Source: Macrostomum lignano
Lineage: Eukaryota
Length of the DNA stretch: 64,000 nucleotides
Assembly (NCBI GenBank): GCA_002269645.1
Contig: NIVC01000361.1
Coordinates: 62,001-126,000 of the forward strand
Direction: 5' to 3'
Below the pieces are notes generated by a model, which was not told the DNA's origin, searched no databases, and worked only from the letters and a program-made list of their open reading frames with translations. Shown here one piece after another: positions 36,416 through 48,628 of this stretch (its first letter is position 1; every line of letters starts with the position of its first letter). The position numbers and the translations under genes were made by a program.

Positions 36416-37451
36416 CCTTTGTTGTTTTCGAGCTAAAAATAGAAAAAAAATACAACTGGCAATATATTTTATAACCGAAATCCTGGGATAAGAACGTTGC
36501 ATGGTTTCATTCCATCTAATCTTATCTTTTTGAAGAAGAGTGAAAAGCGAAATTGAAATGATTATTTAGTGTAGAGAAAGCGGCGAATAAATCATCTACA
36601 AAAACTGAAGCACTTCACTAAATAAGCTGCAGCTTTGTCATGTCAATTTGTGGCAATTATTTTTAAAAAAAATGCATTGCCTATGCAGTGCTCAAGGGGC
36701 AGGGCAGATGGGATGGAAAAAGCAGATATGGCAAAGAAGATTAAGCCTTCTACTCATCCAGTCTGTTTATTGTAGACAGAAAGCAGACTGCAACAGCCTT
36801 TCATCTGCAGCCATCGCGGAGCCCTCCTCCCTCCCTCGAATCGGAATAAATGTATGTTTTTTCATCTGAAAACCAAAATTCCAATTTTAATCTGCAGGAA
36901 ATTCAATAAAATGCTGTCTGTCAGTTTTTTTTAATTAGATGATGAAAGCTCTCCATCATTGGGGGAGGCGGAGGAGTTGAAATAATGAAGAAAAATACGA
37001 GTATTCAATCGTATATACTACTTAGGCCCCTCCAAAGACCCAAATGAGTAGTGCAGTTCGAATATAGCAACTAAAAAAGAAACCAGCAATAAAAATAGCA
37101 AAACTCGGGCATTGATTTTCAATTTGATTTGATTGTAAAAATAGTCAACATTGCCTAGAAATGCGAAAGTTTAACTGCTGCGATACACAGTCTCGTAGAT
37201 CTGGGAGCCTAATATCTTAATATAAGTTGGAATTGTCAGATTCTCCATTCACTACTCTGATTACTCACTGAGAGTCTACAGCAAGTAAATAACAAGTTGA
37301 TGATGCAGTTTTCGATTTGGTGTACAGCTGAAATTTTTAAATAATACCCTAGCAACTGAGTTTGAGTTCATAGTCCTAACAAACGGGTTTGAGTTGATCA
37401 CCCTAGCAACCGGGTTTGAGTTCATCACTTGATTCCCAAGCCGGGGACCTG

Positions 37452-38591
37452 TCAGGCCTCTGTTTGGGGCAGCAGTCCCGCTGAAGCGCACATCAGCACC
37501 GCAGTCTCCAGCCGCTGCAGCGCCGCCGGTTCCCGCAATTCAGCCGCCTTCCAGGTGGCCACCGACACCTGGAGCAGCTCGGCCAGCAGGCGGCGCAACT
37601 CATCGCTGTCGTCCTCCCCGACGTACGGCCGTCTGCCGCATCGCCGCAGCAGGCCAGCAACCCGCGGCTCCAGCAGGAGGCCCAGCCGAAGGCAGTCGAA
37701 ACGCCTTGACGGCAGGCTGCACTTCAGCCAGGCCAAGCAGCGGTTCAGCAGCGCCGGGAACGGCTCGGCGGGCAGGCAGGCGGTGCACAGGAAGGCCAGG
37801 TCGGACACCGAGCCGACTGCCGTCGACGGCAATGGGCCACCAGTCGACACCGGAGCCAGATTGTCTAACAGGTCGCAGAGCAGCCGGCCGATCGCGGCCA
37901 GGGCGGCCGGGCGGAGCCGAAGCAGGTCGGCCAAGCGGCCGAACAGCCGCCGGTCGGGTCCAGGGCCAGCTGGGTCGGCCAGCAGGCGAGCCAGGCGGCC
38001 GGCGGCGACCGGACACTCCGGCCGGGCAAGGAAGGCCAGCCAGGCGGCGCGAGAGAGGCCGGCAGGAAGTCGCCGGCCGCGGAGAGGCGAGGCAAGTTCG
38101 CAGTCGAGGACATCGTCAAGCAGGCGGTCGGCGCCGCTGTCGCCAGCGAGGCGGCGCAGGACGGCGTCAGCGAAGGCGGAGCGGCGAAGCCGGCAGAGGC
38201 CGCGGGCAGCGAATAGCGCGGACTCCGGCTGAGCGGCGCAGGCAGCAACGAATCGGCGGTCGGCTTCGGCGACTTGCCCGACGGTTGCGGCCAGCTGATT
38301 GGCAGCGGAGTGCAGCCTGGACAGCGACAGGCCCGGAGAGGCCTCCAGCAGGTCGGCGGGGTCTCGTCGAAGACGGTCAGCCAAGCAGAGCCAGTAGCCC
38401 AGGCCGGTAAGCGCGGCAAAGAGGCCGAACTCGGCCAGCTTGCTGTCCGGTGCCGGTCGGCCGACGCCACCGAGGACCGTCGGACTGCTGCCGAAGTTGT
38501 CCCAGTTTTCAAACTCGACGTCCTCGAAATGAAACTCATCGCGATCTTCTGCGCCAAGGCCAACTCCGCCGCTGACAACCTCGATAACACC
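37452..38591 (-). CDS. Alpha-solenoid protein exon 5 (last)
   Basis: CAG acceptor 38593-38592; GVIEVVSGG..DEFHFEDVEFENWDNF..ADRLRRDP..LLPQTEA*; TGA 37454-37452. Confidence 0.78.
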   Translation of the reverse strand, partial: GVIEVVSGGVGLGAEDRDEFHFEDVEFENWDNFGSSPTVLGGVGRPAPDSKLAEFGLFAALTGLGYWLCLADRLRRDPADLLEASPGLSLSRLHSAANQLAATVGQVAEADRRFVAACAAQPESALFAARGLCRLRRSAFADAVLRRLAGDSGADRLLDDVLDCELASPLRGRRLPAGLSRAAWLAFLARPECPVAAGRLARLLADPAGPGPDRRLFGRLADLLRLRPAALAAIGRLLCDLLDNLAPVSTGGPLPSTAVGSVSDLAFLCTACLPAEPFPALLNRCLAWLKCSLPSRRFDCLRLGLLLEPRVAGLLRRCGRRPYVGEDDSDELRRLLAELLQVSVATWKAAELREPAALQRLETAVLMCASAGLLPQTEA

Positions 38592-38671
38592 CTGGGAGAG
38601 CAGCCATAGTATTATAATAAGCGGGGCTTGAGATGAAGGGAATGGATATTGTTAGAGTCTGGGATGGGGAC

Positions 38672-39520
38672 CGGCATCAGTGCTTAGGGAGTCCAGTAGG
38701 ATCAGGGATGGCGAGCTGGCATCAGTGCTTAGGGAGTCCAGTAGGATCAGGGATGGGGAGCTGGCATCAGTGCTTAGGGAGTCCAGTAGGATCAGGGATG
38801 GGGAGCTGGCATCAGTGCTTAGGGAGTCCAGTGGGATCAGGGATGGGGAGCTGGCATCAGTGCTTAGGGAGTCCAGTAGGATCAGGGATGGCGAGCTGGC
38901 ATCAGTGCTTAGGGAGTCCAGTAGGATCAGGGATGGCGAGCTGGCATCAGTGCTTAGGGAGTCCAGTAGGATCAGGGATGGGGAGCTGGCATCAGTGCTT
39001 AGGGAGTCCAGTAGGATCAGGGATGGGGAGCTGGCATCAGTGCTTAGGGAGTCCAGTGGGATCAGGGATGGGGAGCTGGCATCAGTGCTTAGGGAGTCCA
39101 GTGGGTTTAGGGATGGGGAGCTGGCATCAGTGCTTAGGGAGTCCAGTGAGATCAGGGATGGGGAGCTGGCATCAGTGCTTAGGGAGTCCAGTGGGTTTAG
39201 GGATGGGGAGCTGGCATCAGTGCTTAGGGAGTCCAGTAGGATCAGGGATGGGGAGCTGGCATCAGTGCTTAGGGAGTCCAGTGGGATCAGGGATGGGGAG
39301 CTGGCATCAGTGCTTAGGGAGTCCAGTGGGATCAGGGATGGGGAGCTGGCATCAGTGCTTAGGGAGTCCAGTGGGTTTAGGGATGGGGAGCTGGCATCAG
39401 TGCTTAGGGAGTCCAGTGGGTTTAGGGATGGGGAGCTGGCATCAGTGCTTAGGGAGTCCAGTGGGATCAGGGATGGGGAGCTGGCATCAGTGCTTAGGGA
39501 GTCCAGTGGGATCAGGGATG
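38672..39520. repeat. 45-bp minisatellite filling intron 4 of the alpha-solenoid gene
   Basis: Unit GGCATCAGTGCTTAGGGAGTCCAGTAGGATCAGGGATGGGGAGCT. Confidence 0.96.
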
Positions 39521-39655
39521 AGTAACTGGAATCTAATGGGTCTAGTATAAGGAAGTGGCAGCTCTCTCTTAGGAATCGAGAAGTTATGGAATCGAGCAGG
39601 AACTGGACTAGGTAGCTAAGAACCCCGGAGAACATAATAAAGTATACAATTTCAC

Positions 39656-40504
39656 CTCATACGCATCGGCAGAGTGAGCACAGAGCCGCTGCCGCAGCTG
39701 CACATCCTCCAGCAGCAAATCCAAGCAGCGCAGTGGCCGTCGCCGGTCGGGATGCCGCGCGCACACGGACTCGAGCAGCAGGCCGGCTGAGAGCAGCAGT
39801 CGCTGAGGCTCCGCTGTCAGCTCCCGCAGGCGGCTCTCGCAGCCAAAGAAAACGTCGAGAGCGCCGGCTCTCGCCGCGTGGCTCAACGCCGCTTTGGCCA
39901 GTCGGACATCGCTGCGGTCCAGCGCCTCGGCCAGCGCGGCAAACGGTTGCAGCCGGAAGTCAAACTCAGTTCGCACCGGCAGCTGCAGCTCCATCAGTTT
40001 CCAGCAGTTGGCAACCAGCGAGTCCTCGTCTACTTGGCCGCTGGCCAGCTCCTCCAGCCAGCCGAGGCAGGCAGCCCGCCTTCGACACTCGGCGTATGCC
40101 AGCCAGACCCGCGCCAGATGGCCGCCGGTAAACTCGGCGACATCCGCCGGGTTTGTCGCGCTCGAGACAGCTTCGGCTGCGTCGGCAGCCGCGTCAACGA
40201 AGCCGCTCAGCGCCAGCCGCAGACGCGGCAGCAGCCGCCTGCCCTGGCAGTGGCCAGGCGCCCAGGCTAGCAGGCGGCAGAGGCAGCTGGTCAGCAGTTC
40301 GGCCTCGCCAGTCCGCTCCGAAGCTGGCGACAGCGGCAGCAGGCGAAGCCGCCCAGTCAGGGAGAGCAGGCTGCAGGCCGGGGACGGACCGCTCGCCGCA
40401 GCGCCCTGCATGTAGAGATGGTTGGGATCTTTTGCCTGTGCATTCGATCGATAGTCCTCATCAGAGCACAAAGCGTCCGAAATCCTACAAAACCACCTGA
40501 GGAT
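39656..40504 (-). CDS. Alpha-solenoid protein exon 4
   Basis: CAG acceptor 40506-40505 after a 143-nt intron, donor GTGAAA 39655; ILRWFCRISD...SADAYE. Confidence 0.75.
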
Positions 40505-40647
40505 CTGGTAGGTTGCGGGTGGCCCAGCAACTGGGGATCCGGCAGGGTGCCAGTGGCCCAGCAACTGAGGATCTGGCATGGTTGGGTTGGACTCAAGTAC
40601 AGAGCTCCACAATGGCAGCAGGTGTCAGTGAGCACAGACCAGCTCAC

Positions 40648-41102
40648 CTCAGCCGCAGCTTGGTTGTCTTCGCAGTCCAGCTGTCTCAGCAGCGTCCTGG
40701 CATCCTTGGCGAACGTAGGCGGCACCGGGGGCTCGGCCAGCTGCAGCAGGCGGTCCAGCAGCGAGATCGCCAGGCAGAGGCGCTCCGGGCAGCGAGACAG
40801 AGCGGCCCGCCTGGCCAGGCACCAGCGCAGCAGCTGAATGCACGAATTGAACACCCAGACAGCGGCGCAGGCGGGCGATTCCGCCTCTAACAGTTTATCG
40901 GCAGTTGTCATGGCAACCAACTGGGCTGAGGCCAGCCCGTCAGCCGAGGCTGCATCGGTGCCTCCACATGTGACAAACTCAATTAGGACAGGTGTTACTT
41001 CGTCGACTCCAGCCAAACGAAGCTGTCCGGAGCAGTCGGACAATCCGGCGGCGGCCAACTCGGCCAGGTCGGCGTCGAGTTGGCCGCGGCGTGGTCGGAG
41101 GC
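40648..41102 (-). CDS. Alpha-solenoid protein exon 3
   Basis: AAG acceptor 41104-41103, GTGAG donor 40647; open frame LRPRRGQLD...NQAAAE. Confidence 0.72.
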
Positions 41103-41149
41103 CTTGCAAAAATATAAAGGGATGGAGAGGATGGAGGAATCTAGGGTGA

Positions 41150-41640
41150 ATGGGGAGGCTACAGGATGGTAATCTGGTGTGGGAAGGCTATGGTATGGTA
41201 TCTGGTGTGGGGAAGCTACAGGATGGTAAGCTGGTGTGGTAAGGCTACGGGATGGTATCTGGTGTGGGGAAGCTACAGGATGGTAATCTGGTGTGGTAAG
41301 GCTACGGGATGGCATCTGGTGTGGGGAGGCTACGGGATGGTATCGTGTGTGGGGAGGCTACGGGATGGCATCTGGTGTGGGGAGGCTACGGGATGGCATC
41401 TGGTATGGTAAGGCTACGGGATGGCATCTGGTGTGGAGGCTACTACGGGATGGTATCGTATCTGGTGTGGGGAGGCTGCGGGATGGTATCTGGTGTGGGG
41501 AGGCTACAAAATTGTATCTGGTGTGGGGAGGCTACGGAATGGTATCTGGTGTGGCGAGGCTACGGGATTGTATCTGGTGTGGGGAGGCTACGGGATGGTA
41601 TCTGGTGTGGGAAGGCTACGGTTTGGTATCTGGTGTGGGC
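41150..41640. repeat. 28-bp minisatellite filling intron 2
   Basis: Unit GGTATCTGGTGTGGGGAGGCTACGGGAT. Confidence 0.93.
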
Positions 41641-41674
41641 AATACTGAACACGGCAAATCAAGCTCGGTCTCAC

Positions 41675-41908
41675 CTTCGCGCAGCACAGGCCAGACTCCT
41701 GAGGCCAGCTGTCGCCGGCTCGCGCCGCGCCGAGCAGAGAGGCTGGCCAGCTCCACAGCGCGCAGGCGCAGGCAGTGCTGAGTGCGCGGCAGCCGAAGCT
41801 GCTCAGCCAAGAAAGCCAGAATGCCGGTCAGCGGGTCGTCAACGTCGTCTGCTCCGGGATCGTCGCCGATGCAGCCACCACTGCCGAAGCCGTGGTTGTC
41901 GATTTGCG
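41675..41908 (-). CDS. Alpha-solenoid protein exon 2
   Basis: CAG acceptor 41910-41909, GTGAG donor 41674, phase 1/1, open frame AQIDNHG...VWPVLREG. Confidence 0.75.
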
Positions 41909-42004
41909 CTGACCATGTGGTAAAATTTTATGAGCTTTTAGCATCTTGGATGCCAATTCAGAATTTCAGGAATGTGAAAAGGGAATTTCGAAATGTAAGG
42001 TGTT

Positions 42005-42370
42005 GATCTGGGATGCCAATTTTGAAATCTGGGATGCCAATTCCGAAATCTGGAATGCTAATTCCGAAATCTGGGATGCCAATTTTGAAATCTGGGATGC
42101 CAATTTTGAAATCTGGGATGCCAATTTTGAAATCTGGGATGCCAATTCCGAAATCTAGAATGCCAATTCTGAAATCTGGGATGCCAATTCTGAAATCTGG
42201 GATGCCAAATCCGAAATCTGGGATGCCAATTCCGAAATCTGGAATGCCGATTCCGAAATCTGGGATGCCAATTCCGAAGTCTGGAATGCCGATTCCGAAA
42301 TCTGAGATGCCAATTCCGAAATCTGGAATGCCGATTCTGAAATCTCGGATGCCAATTCCGAAATCTAGAA
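42005..42370. repeat. 21-bp minisatellite in intron 1
   Basis: Unit GGGATGCCAATTCCGAAATCT. Confidence 0.94.
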
Positions 42371-42614
42371 TGCATGTGGCGTCGGGATTCTCCGTTGCTT
42401 GAGTCCCCAACCCCAGGAACCTGAGAGTTCCACTCACAAAAGCTTTTAAACTGGCAACATTCATCCATTTCTACTGTTCTTTCATCTTTTATGTCTTTTA
42501 ACTCTCAGTTATTAAGTAGCTAATGTTACTAAATATGAGAAATATTCGTTCCCGTAACCATATCCATACCTGTATGTTTGTCTGAAAACCTCCGAATCCG
42601 TAGCTTACAAGCCG

Positions 42615-42871
42615 CGAAGCCTCTCTATCCGGCCCTCGGGTCCTTTGAAACTCACACTAGCAATCCGGTCCGCTCAAGGTTTGTGTCTCTTCCCAGCTCT
42701 CTTCACTCTAAAATAATCTCCTCTTCTCTTCTCCTTTATACCTTCGTCTCTAATTTCTCCTATCTCTCCTCTCTCTTCGCTATTCCGTCTTCTCTCTTCC
42801 CTCCGCTGACCCGCAGTAAGGCGCTAGATTCTCTATCTGGCTCTTGAAGTAATAAAGCTTGCCGACCCCTG
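42615..42871. mobile_element. Second, short copy of the hAT-like MITE
   Basis: Right end TTGCCGACCCCTG (Charlie-like CAGGGGTCGGCAA) plus the shared internal block; left end degenerate. Confidence 0.5.
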
Positions 42872-42938
42872 GCATAGCCGTATCCTTAACTATGGCGGAA
42901 CTCTCTACCAAAATAAGGTTTGGTTAACGAGGCCTCAC

Positions 42939-43563
42939 CATCATCGTCCTCCGCGGAGGTGGCCGCTGCCTCGCAGCCCGCAACTCGGTGGCCACCCAGC
43001 GGCGCAGTAACGGCCGCCTCGGCCAGGGCCAGCAGCTGGATGGCGAACCGGACGCTGGGCGCCGACCTCAGCAGGCGCAGAGCCGCAGTCAGCAGAACTT
43101 GCCGACTACCAAGCGGACAGCGGCGAGCCAAACCCGGCGATTTCAGCAGCCAGGCGGACGCGAATTTCACCGCCATGAGGGCCGCCGGGCCGCCGCCGCC
43201 GGGCAGCGCAGAGGTCCAGTGAAGAAACGCGTGGATGAGGTCCGGATGGCTGGACATGAGGCCGGCCAGGGCTGCGAACAGGCTGCTCTCCAGGTGGCTG
43301 GCCGAGTTGGCCACGGCGTCGACGGCCTGGGTGGCGGCGGCAAGCAGGGCGTCCAGCAGGCCGAGGTCGGCCAGAAAGCAGTCGGCAGTGCCGGGCTGGG
43401 CTGCCAGCTGCTTCAGTTCGAGAGCGGCCTCGAGGCGCTGCTCGGCAGAGGTGCAGGGGTCGGTCAGCTCGCAGCACAGCTGGTGCAGATGGTCGGCTAG
43501 GAGGTCTTTCTGTGCAATGCAGTCTTGCATTGCAGAATCGGGAGAGGCAAACTCCCAGCCCAT
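42939..43563 (-). CDS. Uncharacterised ~1100-aa alpha-helical (ARM/HEAT-like) protein, exon 1
   Basis: Acceptor 43583-43582, ATG 43563, GTGAG donor 42938; Leu/Ala-rich amphipathic helices. The five exons total 3303 nt in one frame. Confidence 0.75.
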
Positions 43564-46500
43564 GGCATAATTTGGGGAATCCTGTAAGGGCAAATTGAAA
43601 AGGGTCTTTCTATTGAAACAGTGGTCTATGGATTGTCAAAATTATTATAAATAAGTTAAATGCTTTCATTGCTACTTGATATATAATCTCTACAAATGGG
43701 TAAGTTAGCTTCTTAGTTAAATAAACCGCTTAAAACAGCTGTTGAAGCAATACTATAAGTGACAAATCTTGATTTTAAACTTAAAGTGGGGCCACTCTGA
43801 CTCCTAAACAACCCTATGCATTTGCTACTGTACTATAATATTTTAACTTTTATTGCTAATTCAAAGTTAATATTTATTGCATAAACTCATTTTTTATTAT
43901 TATAACATAATCGTATTTAATTTAATACACTCCATTTTTAAGGCTCTAAAAACAATAAATAGGTCAGTTATATAAATCTAATATTAAAATTATTTGATAT
44001 ATATCATATATAAGTCAATACTTTTTAAGTTTCTATAAATATAAGGTGGTAGGGCCTTACTGATTAATAAGTAGCCAAACCCAAATATAAACACAAAAAT
44101 AACAAAAATTCCATATGAGACAAGACAAAATATATTCTTATGTATTACTTTTGTGATTTCTTTTATCAATAAAAAATAGCTAAAATAGTTGGCCTTTGAG
44201 ACAGTGCATTAATAATAGTATAATACTGTATGATAGTGCTAATAGTAACTCATTTTCTTAGAAACTTTAGTTCAAATCTGCGCTAAAAAGAAATTACTAG
44301 TATTTTTGTTTAAATGTGGTGAGTTGCAAAACTTCTCTTGCAAAACGAATTTTCGCGATTAATATTTGTTATAAACTATAATGATTTCTACTATAAATAG
44401 AAGCTCTGAGCAGGGCAAGAGGACCAACTTGGACAACTCGCCCAACTCATTTAACTTGTTCGTTTGTGTGCTTTAGCAAAAGCTAAATTCTGACAAGAAA
44501 ATTGTTCAGTGTCTTATTCATTTCTTAGAGTGGAAGCCCCAACTTGGGAGTAATATTAAGATCAGCTAAAAGCGAGAAGTCACCTCAGGGCAGTAATAGT
44601 AAATTCGCCTCAGGGCAGGAGAACCGCCTCAGAGCGAGAGAAAATCGCCTCAGGGCAAGGAAAATATAAAGCTGTGACCCTCTGATCCAGGGAATGCCTA
44701 GGACTGAGAGATATAAGAGTAGACAGTGCCAATAGACCGCTCAGGCAAAAGGTACAGTACATGTACAACCGCTACCATTAGATAAATAGATGCTATCAAT
44801 ATAAGTAGATAAGTAGACGCTACCAATATTATTAGTACATTTATGCAAAAAGTACATTAAGTAGAAAGACAGAATTAACAGGCCTGCAACAACTTTGGTG
44901 GCAGAGAGTAAAGTTAAACAAAAGAATAAATAAGAGCCCTGGGACAGCTTTTGGTGGCATTTAGTGGGATTCTCAGTGTACAGGGAAGAGCACTGTAATA
45001 GCTTGGTAACAGCAGTGGGATATTATTAAGAAGGAAGCAAAACCCCCTGTGACAACTTTGGTGGCATAATGGTGGAATTCTCATAGAGAGCCAAAAGGCC
45101 TGTGACACCTTTTAAATATTTTTTGGATTATGTTTTGTTTCAAAAGAATATAAAAATACACTATATAATATTAAGTAAAGCCATTACTAGGCATTAGCAA
45201 CAATACTAATAATTTAATTTCTAAAATAACTAATAAGTATTATATTTTGAGTGTGCTAATTTGCTATTATTTAGTTGTTTTAAATATTTATTTAGTTTGA
45301 TTATTCCTTTCTGTCTGGAGATAGATTTTTTAACTATACTATACTATACACTACAACATATTTAAATCTTAATATCATTTCAGAGCAAGTGTAACTAGGT
45401 TTTCCAGATAATTTTTACAGATAAACTTCTTAATGTTCATTAAATAGACAACAATCACCTTTCAACACATTTTTAAATAAGTTTTTGTTTTTAACTGTAA
45501 ACTGTTATACTATTGGCTCATATCATATTGGGGCCCTAGATAGATACATGCAAATCATGTAGAGTAAATGTTTTATAAAAATATTAAATTAACTGGATCT
45601 CACACACAACACAACAAATTTTTCCTTAGCTCAACCCAGAGACATTACGTCGTTACCGCTAAACTAAACCAAGCATTCACCGCATTGAAATGCGAGGGAA
45701 AAAGTGAATTGACCGACATTCGGCGATAATTTTGAGTTTGCACAAACAGTACTAAAATATAACAAATGTATTATAAGTACCAGGTACCTTAAAATTTCAA
45801 AGGACTTAAGTCACTTTCTTTCTTAAAGTACTTCACAAATTTATCTCTGAAGAGAAGTTTTAGCCTCAAAAAGTAAATAAATATTATGATTAAAAAGCGA
45901 CTGACAATTTAACAGAATTATCTAAATGATCTTTCAAGATCAGTGTGTACTTACGAGTATGCAAAGGTAGAATTTTTTCATTGGAATGATCAGTTTATTA
46001 AACTTTATATCTTTTTTAAGATAAATTAAATACATCTGAAAGCTGGGACTACATATCACGTGAAGAAGTCCTTGATCATGAGTGAAGAACATGCGAATGC
46101 ACCCGTTTCGAGATTCACTGCAGTTAACAATGAAAGTTGCCGTGTTTTTACGTTCTTTCTCCTATGTGGTCCTTGCCAGCAACGTGTTAGCGCGAAGTTT
46201 ATCAGATTGAGCTAAACACACATTTACAGTACGATTGACACGAATACATGTACCAAAGACCGACTAGTTGCTGGTGGATCAAAGCCAGTCATCATTCAGC
46301 TCGTACAAGGTTTCACGTATATGTAGGCTTCTTTTATTGAACTATTCAGTGAGTAAATTAAGATGTGAATTACGAGCAAATATAGCCGTGGCATCTACGC
46401 GAATCAACGTAGTCTTGCATGTATGAAAGAATCAGTACGGGATATATAATGGATCATTTATATTGAAAGTGCATGCATACGCGAATAAACTCAGCAGCCG

Positions 46501-46971
46501 TTTCAAATTACTGTCGATGTAGTCCAGGCTTCTATAGAAAATTACGAGTTTTAAGCAAATTGCTTGGATGCTATTAAAAAATTGCTGCCTCTCGGTAAGG
46601 CTCGTATAATTTTCGATTTTTGTCTGAATACGTAGCATTTTAATGACCCAAATGAAGTAAGTTCAAAATTGGAATTATTTTACCCTGAAATTGTAAATAA
46701 ATCTGATTAAAAAAAACAAAAAAAAAGATTCCCGCAATTTTTTATCAAGTAATAAATTTTAAGGAATCGTATCGTATATAATATACTGGAATTTATCACA
46801 ATATTAAGATAGAGTACATAAACGTTATCGTTACAAAACATTTAAAAAATACAATACTCGTAGTATTGGAGAACTGTAAATAGAAATCAGCATTGTACGA
46901 GTATTGAAATCTATATGGATATTGAGAAAGTTGTCTTCTAAGACACTGCAAAACAAGGCTAAGCGCAAGCG

Positions 46972-47593
46972 TCACAGGCCCGTGTACCGAGTTCTAGGCC
47001 GCGATTCCATAACGCAGGCAATCTCACGCTGATAGACCAGAAACGCTCTAGTCGCAAAGTCGAGCGGCAGGTACTGGTACACAGAGTGCACGTAATTCAC
47101 TTCGGTCGCTAATAGCGCTCTCCGGACCGCATTACGGCAAGCAAAACGCAACGACTGCGGCGAGTTAATTGCTACTGAACAGCGGGATGAATTAATAGTG
47201 CGGCGCAGTTCATTAACGGCCGACTCCGCGGCAGCCAGTTGCGATTGGCTGGCGCCCCGGCCAATTAGAGCCGCTTGAACACCCGAGTAGTTGTACACGC
47301 CAAGAAGTGCACTAAAAAATGCTTCCGGGCGCATCAGCGAATCCAGCAGGAATGGACTCTCGGCTACATATCGATTGACTATTGGCTCGCGCTCGTGTTC
47401 GTCTGGGAACAGAGCCCGGGTGGGCCGCAGCGGCGGCTCGATGTGCTCCTCGGCCCATACTGTGGTCTCCTTCACCAGACTGGTGTAGCTGACTAGGCAG
47501 CGGCAGGCCACGGCCGGATCGGTGTGGCCCACCGGCTGCATAAGGCCAACAAGCAGGTGCATTGTGAACGATACGTAGCTGTCCATCGCGCGT
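46972..47593 (-). CDS. ASB-like protein exon 2 with C-terminal SOCS box
   Basis: GCAG acceptor 47595-47594 restores the frame (RE-RAMDS); SPQSLRFACRNAVRRAL...YLPLDFATRAFLVY is a SOCS-box pattern (~47032-47163). Confidence 0.78.
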
Positions 47594-47699
47594 CTGCAAA
47601 CCGGTTGGCAAGGGAGAGAATGTACAGGCTTTTATCTAACCACTTCTCCCTGTCACGCTGGAACCACTCACTGCCGTTGCTTGCTGATCATCATTCCTC

Positions 47700-47950
47700 T
47701 TGATTTCTGATCAGATTTCTCCATGTTGCTTTCTAATCAACCTATTTGCTTTCTGATCACTCCTTTTGCCTTCTGATCAACCTATTTGCTTTCTGATCAC
47801 TCCTTTTGCTTTCTGATCAACCTATTTGCTTTCTGATCACTCCGTTTGCTTTCTGATCACTCCCTTTGCTTTCTGATCAACCTATTTGCTTTCTGATCAA
47901 CCTATTTGCTTTCTGATCGCTTGCTTTGCTTTCTGATCACTCTGCTTTTT
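47700..47950. repeat. ~20-bp repeat in ASB-like intron
   Basis: TTGCTTTCTGATCA(C/A) iterations. Confidence 0.85.
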
Positions 47951-48233
47951 ATTACTTTCGGTGACTTTTTTATCACTCTCTTGTTTTGTGCTCACTCCCC
48001 TTTGTGTCTGGTCACTACCACTGGTTTCTGACGGTCACTCCCTTTGATTTCTGGTCTCCCGAGTAGCTTTCTGATTAAACCTGGTGCATTCTCAATATTC
48101 TTATCACTCTCCATGATCCTCACCCTGGAGTAGTTACTACCCACTAACGTCTATAGCAAATCGATGATTGTCACGCTCAATGATAGACTCCCCTCTGATA
48201 AAACGAATCAACATCGCTCTAGAAGTCACTCAC

Positions 48234-48628
48234 TCTCGCGTCATGCTGTCAATGAAAGCGCGCAACACATCGCGCCAAAGAATTGGAGCCCGTCTGGCCA
48301 ACTCAAGCATAGCCCTGGGCGCCCTGGCACTAACGGAACAGTCTAACGGGCTCTGGCCAAGGTTTCTAACTGTAGGATTGGCGCCCAGCTCAATCAAAGC
48401 GCGCACGGAGCCAGCCCGGTCCGATCTGGCGGCCAGGTGCAAGGCGGTTAGCGCAGACTGACTAGTGATCTCATCATTAACACCCAGCCGGCCGCTAGTA
48501 ACTAGATCGCGCATAGCATCGGCGTCCTCGTCTAGGACTGCCGTCTCCATTCGCCGTTTCGGATTGCTGTCCGAATTGGCAGACAAAAACTGCAGTAGAA
48601 CGCTGCCGCCGCCAGGCTGATTGGCCAT
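48234..48628 (-). CDS. Ankyrin-repeat/SOCS-box (ASB-like) protein exon 1: ankyrin repeats
   Basis: TALHLAARSDRAGSVRALIELGANPTVRN-GQSPLD is an ankyrin consensus; GTGAGT donor 48233, phase 2. Confidence 0.8.

Noticed and set aside
26110-36500. Long ORFs over the 52/53-, 31- and 32-bp arrays
   Set aside because: Periodicity equals the repeat unit; overlapping ORFs occur in all frames.
38633-39635. 45-bp array resembling a CRISPR or a 15-aa repeat protein
   Set aside because: Units are contiguous with no unique spacers, no cas genes, and the array lies within a phase-consistent GT-AG intron.
45900-46640. AT-rich ORF fragments downstream of the ankyrin-SOCS gene
   Set aside because: Interrupted by stops, no recognisable domain; probably 3'UTR or intergenic.
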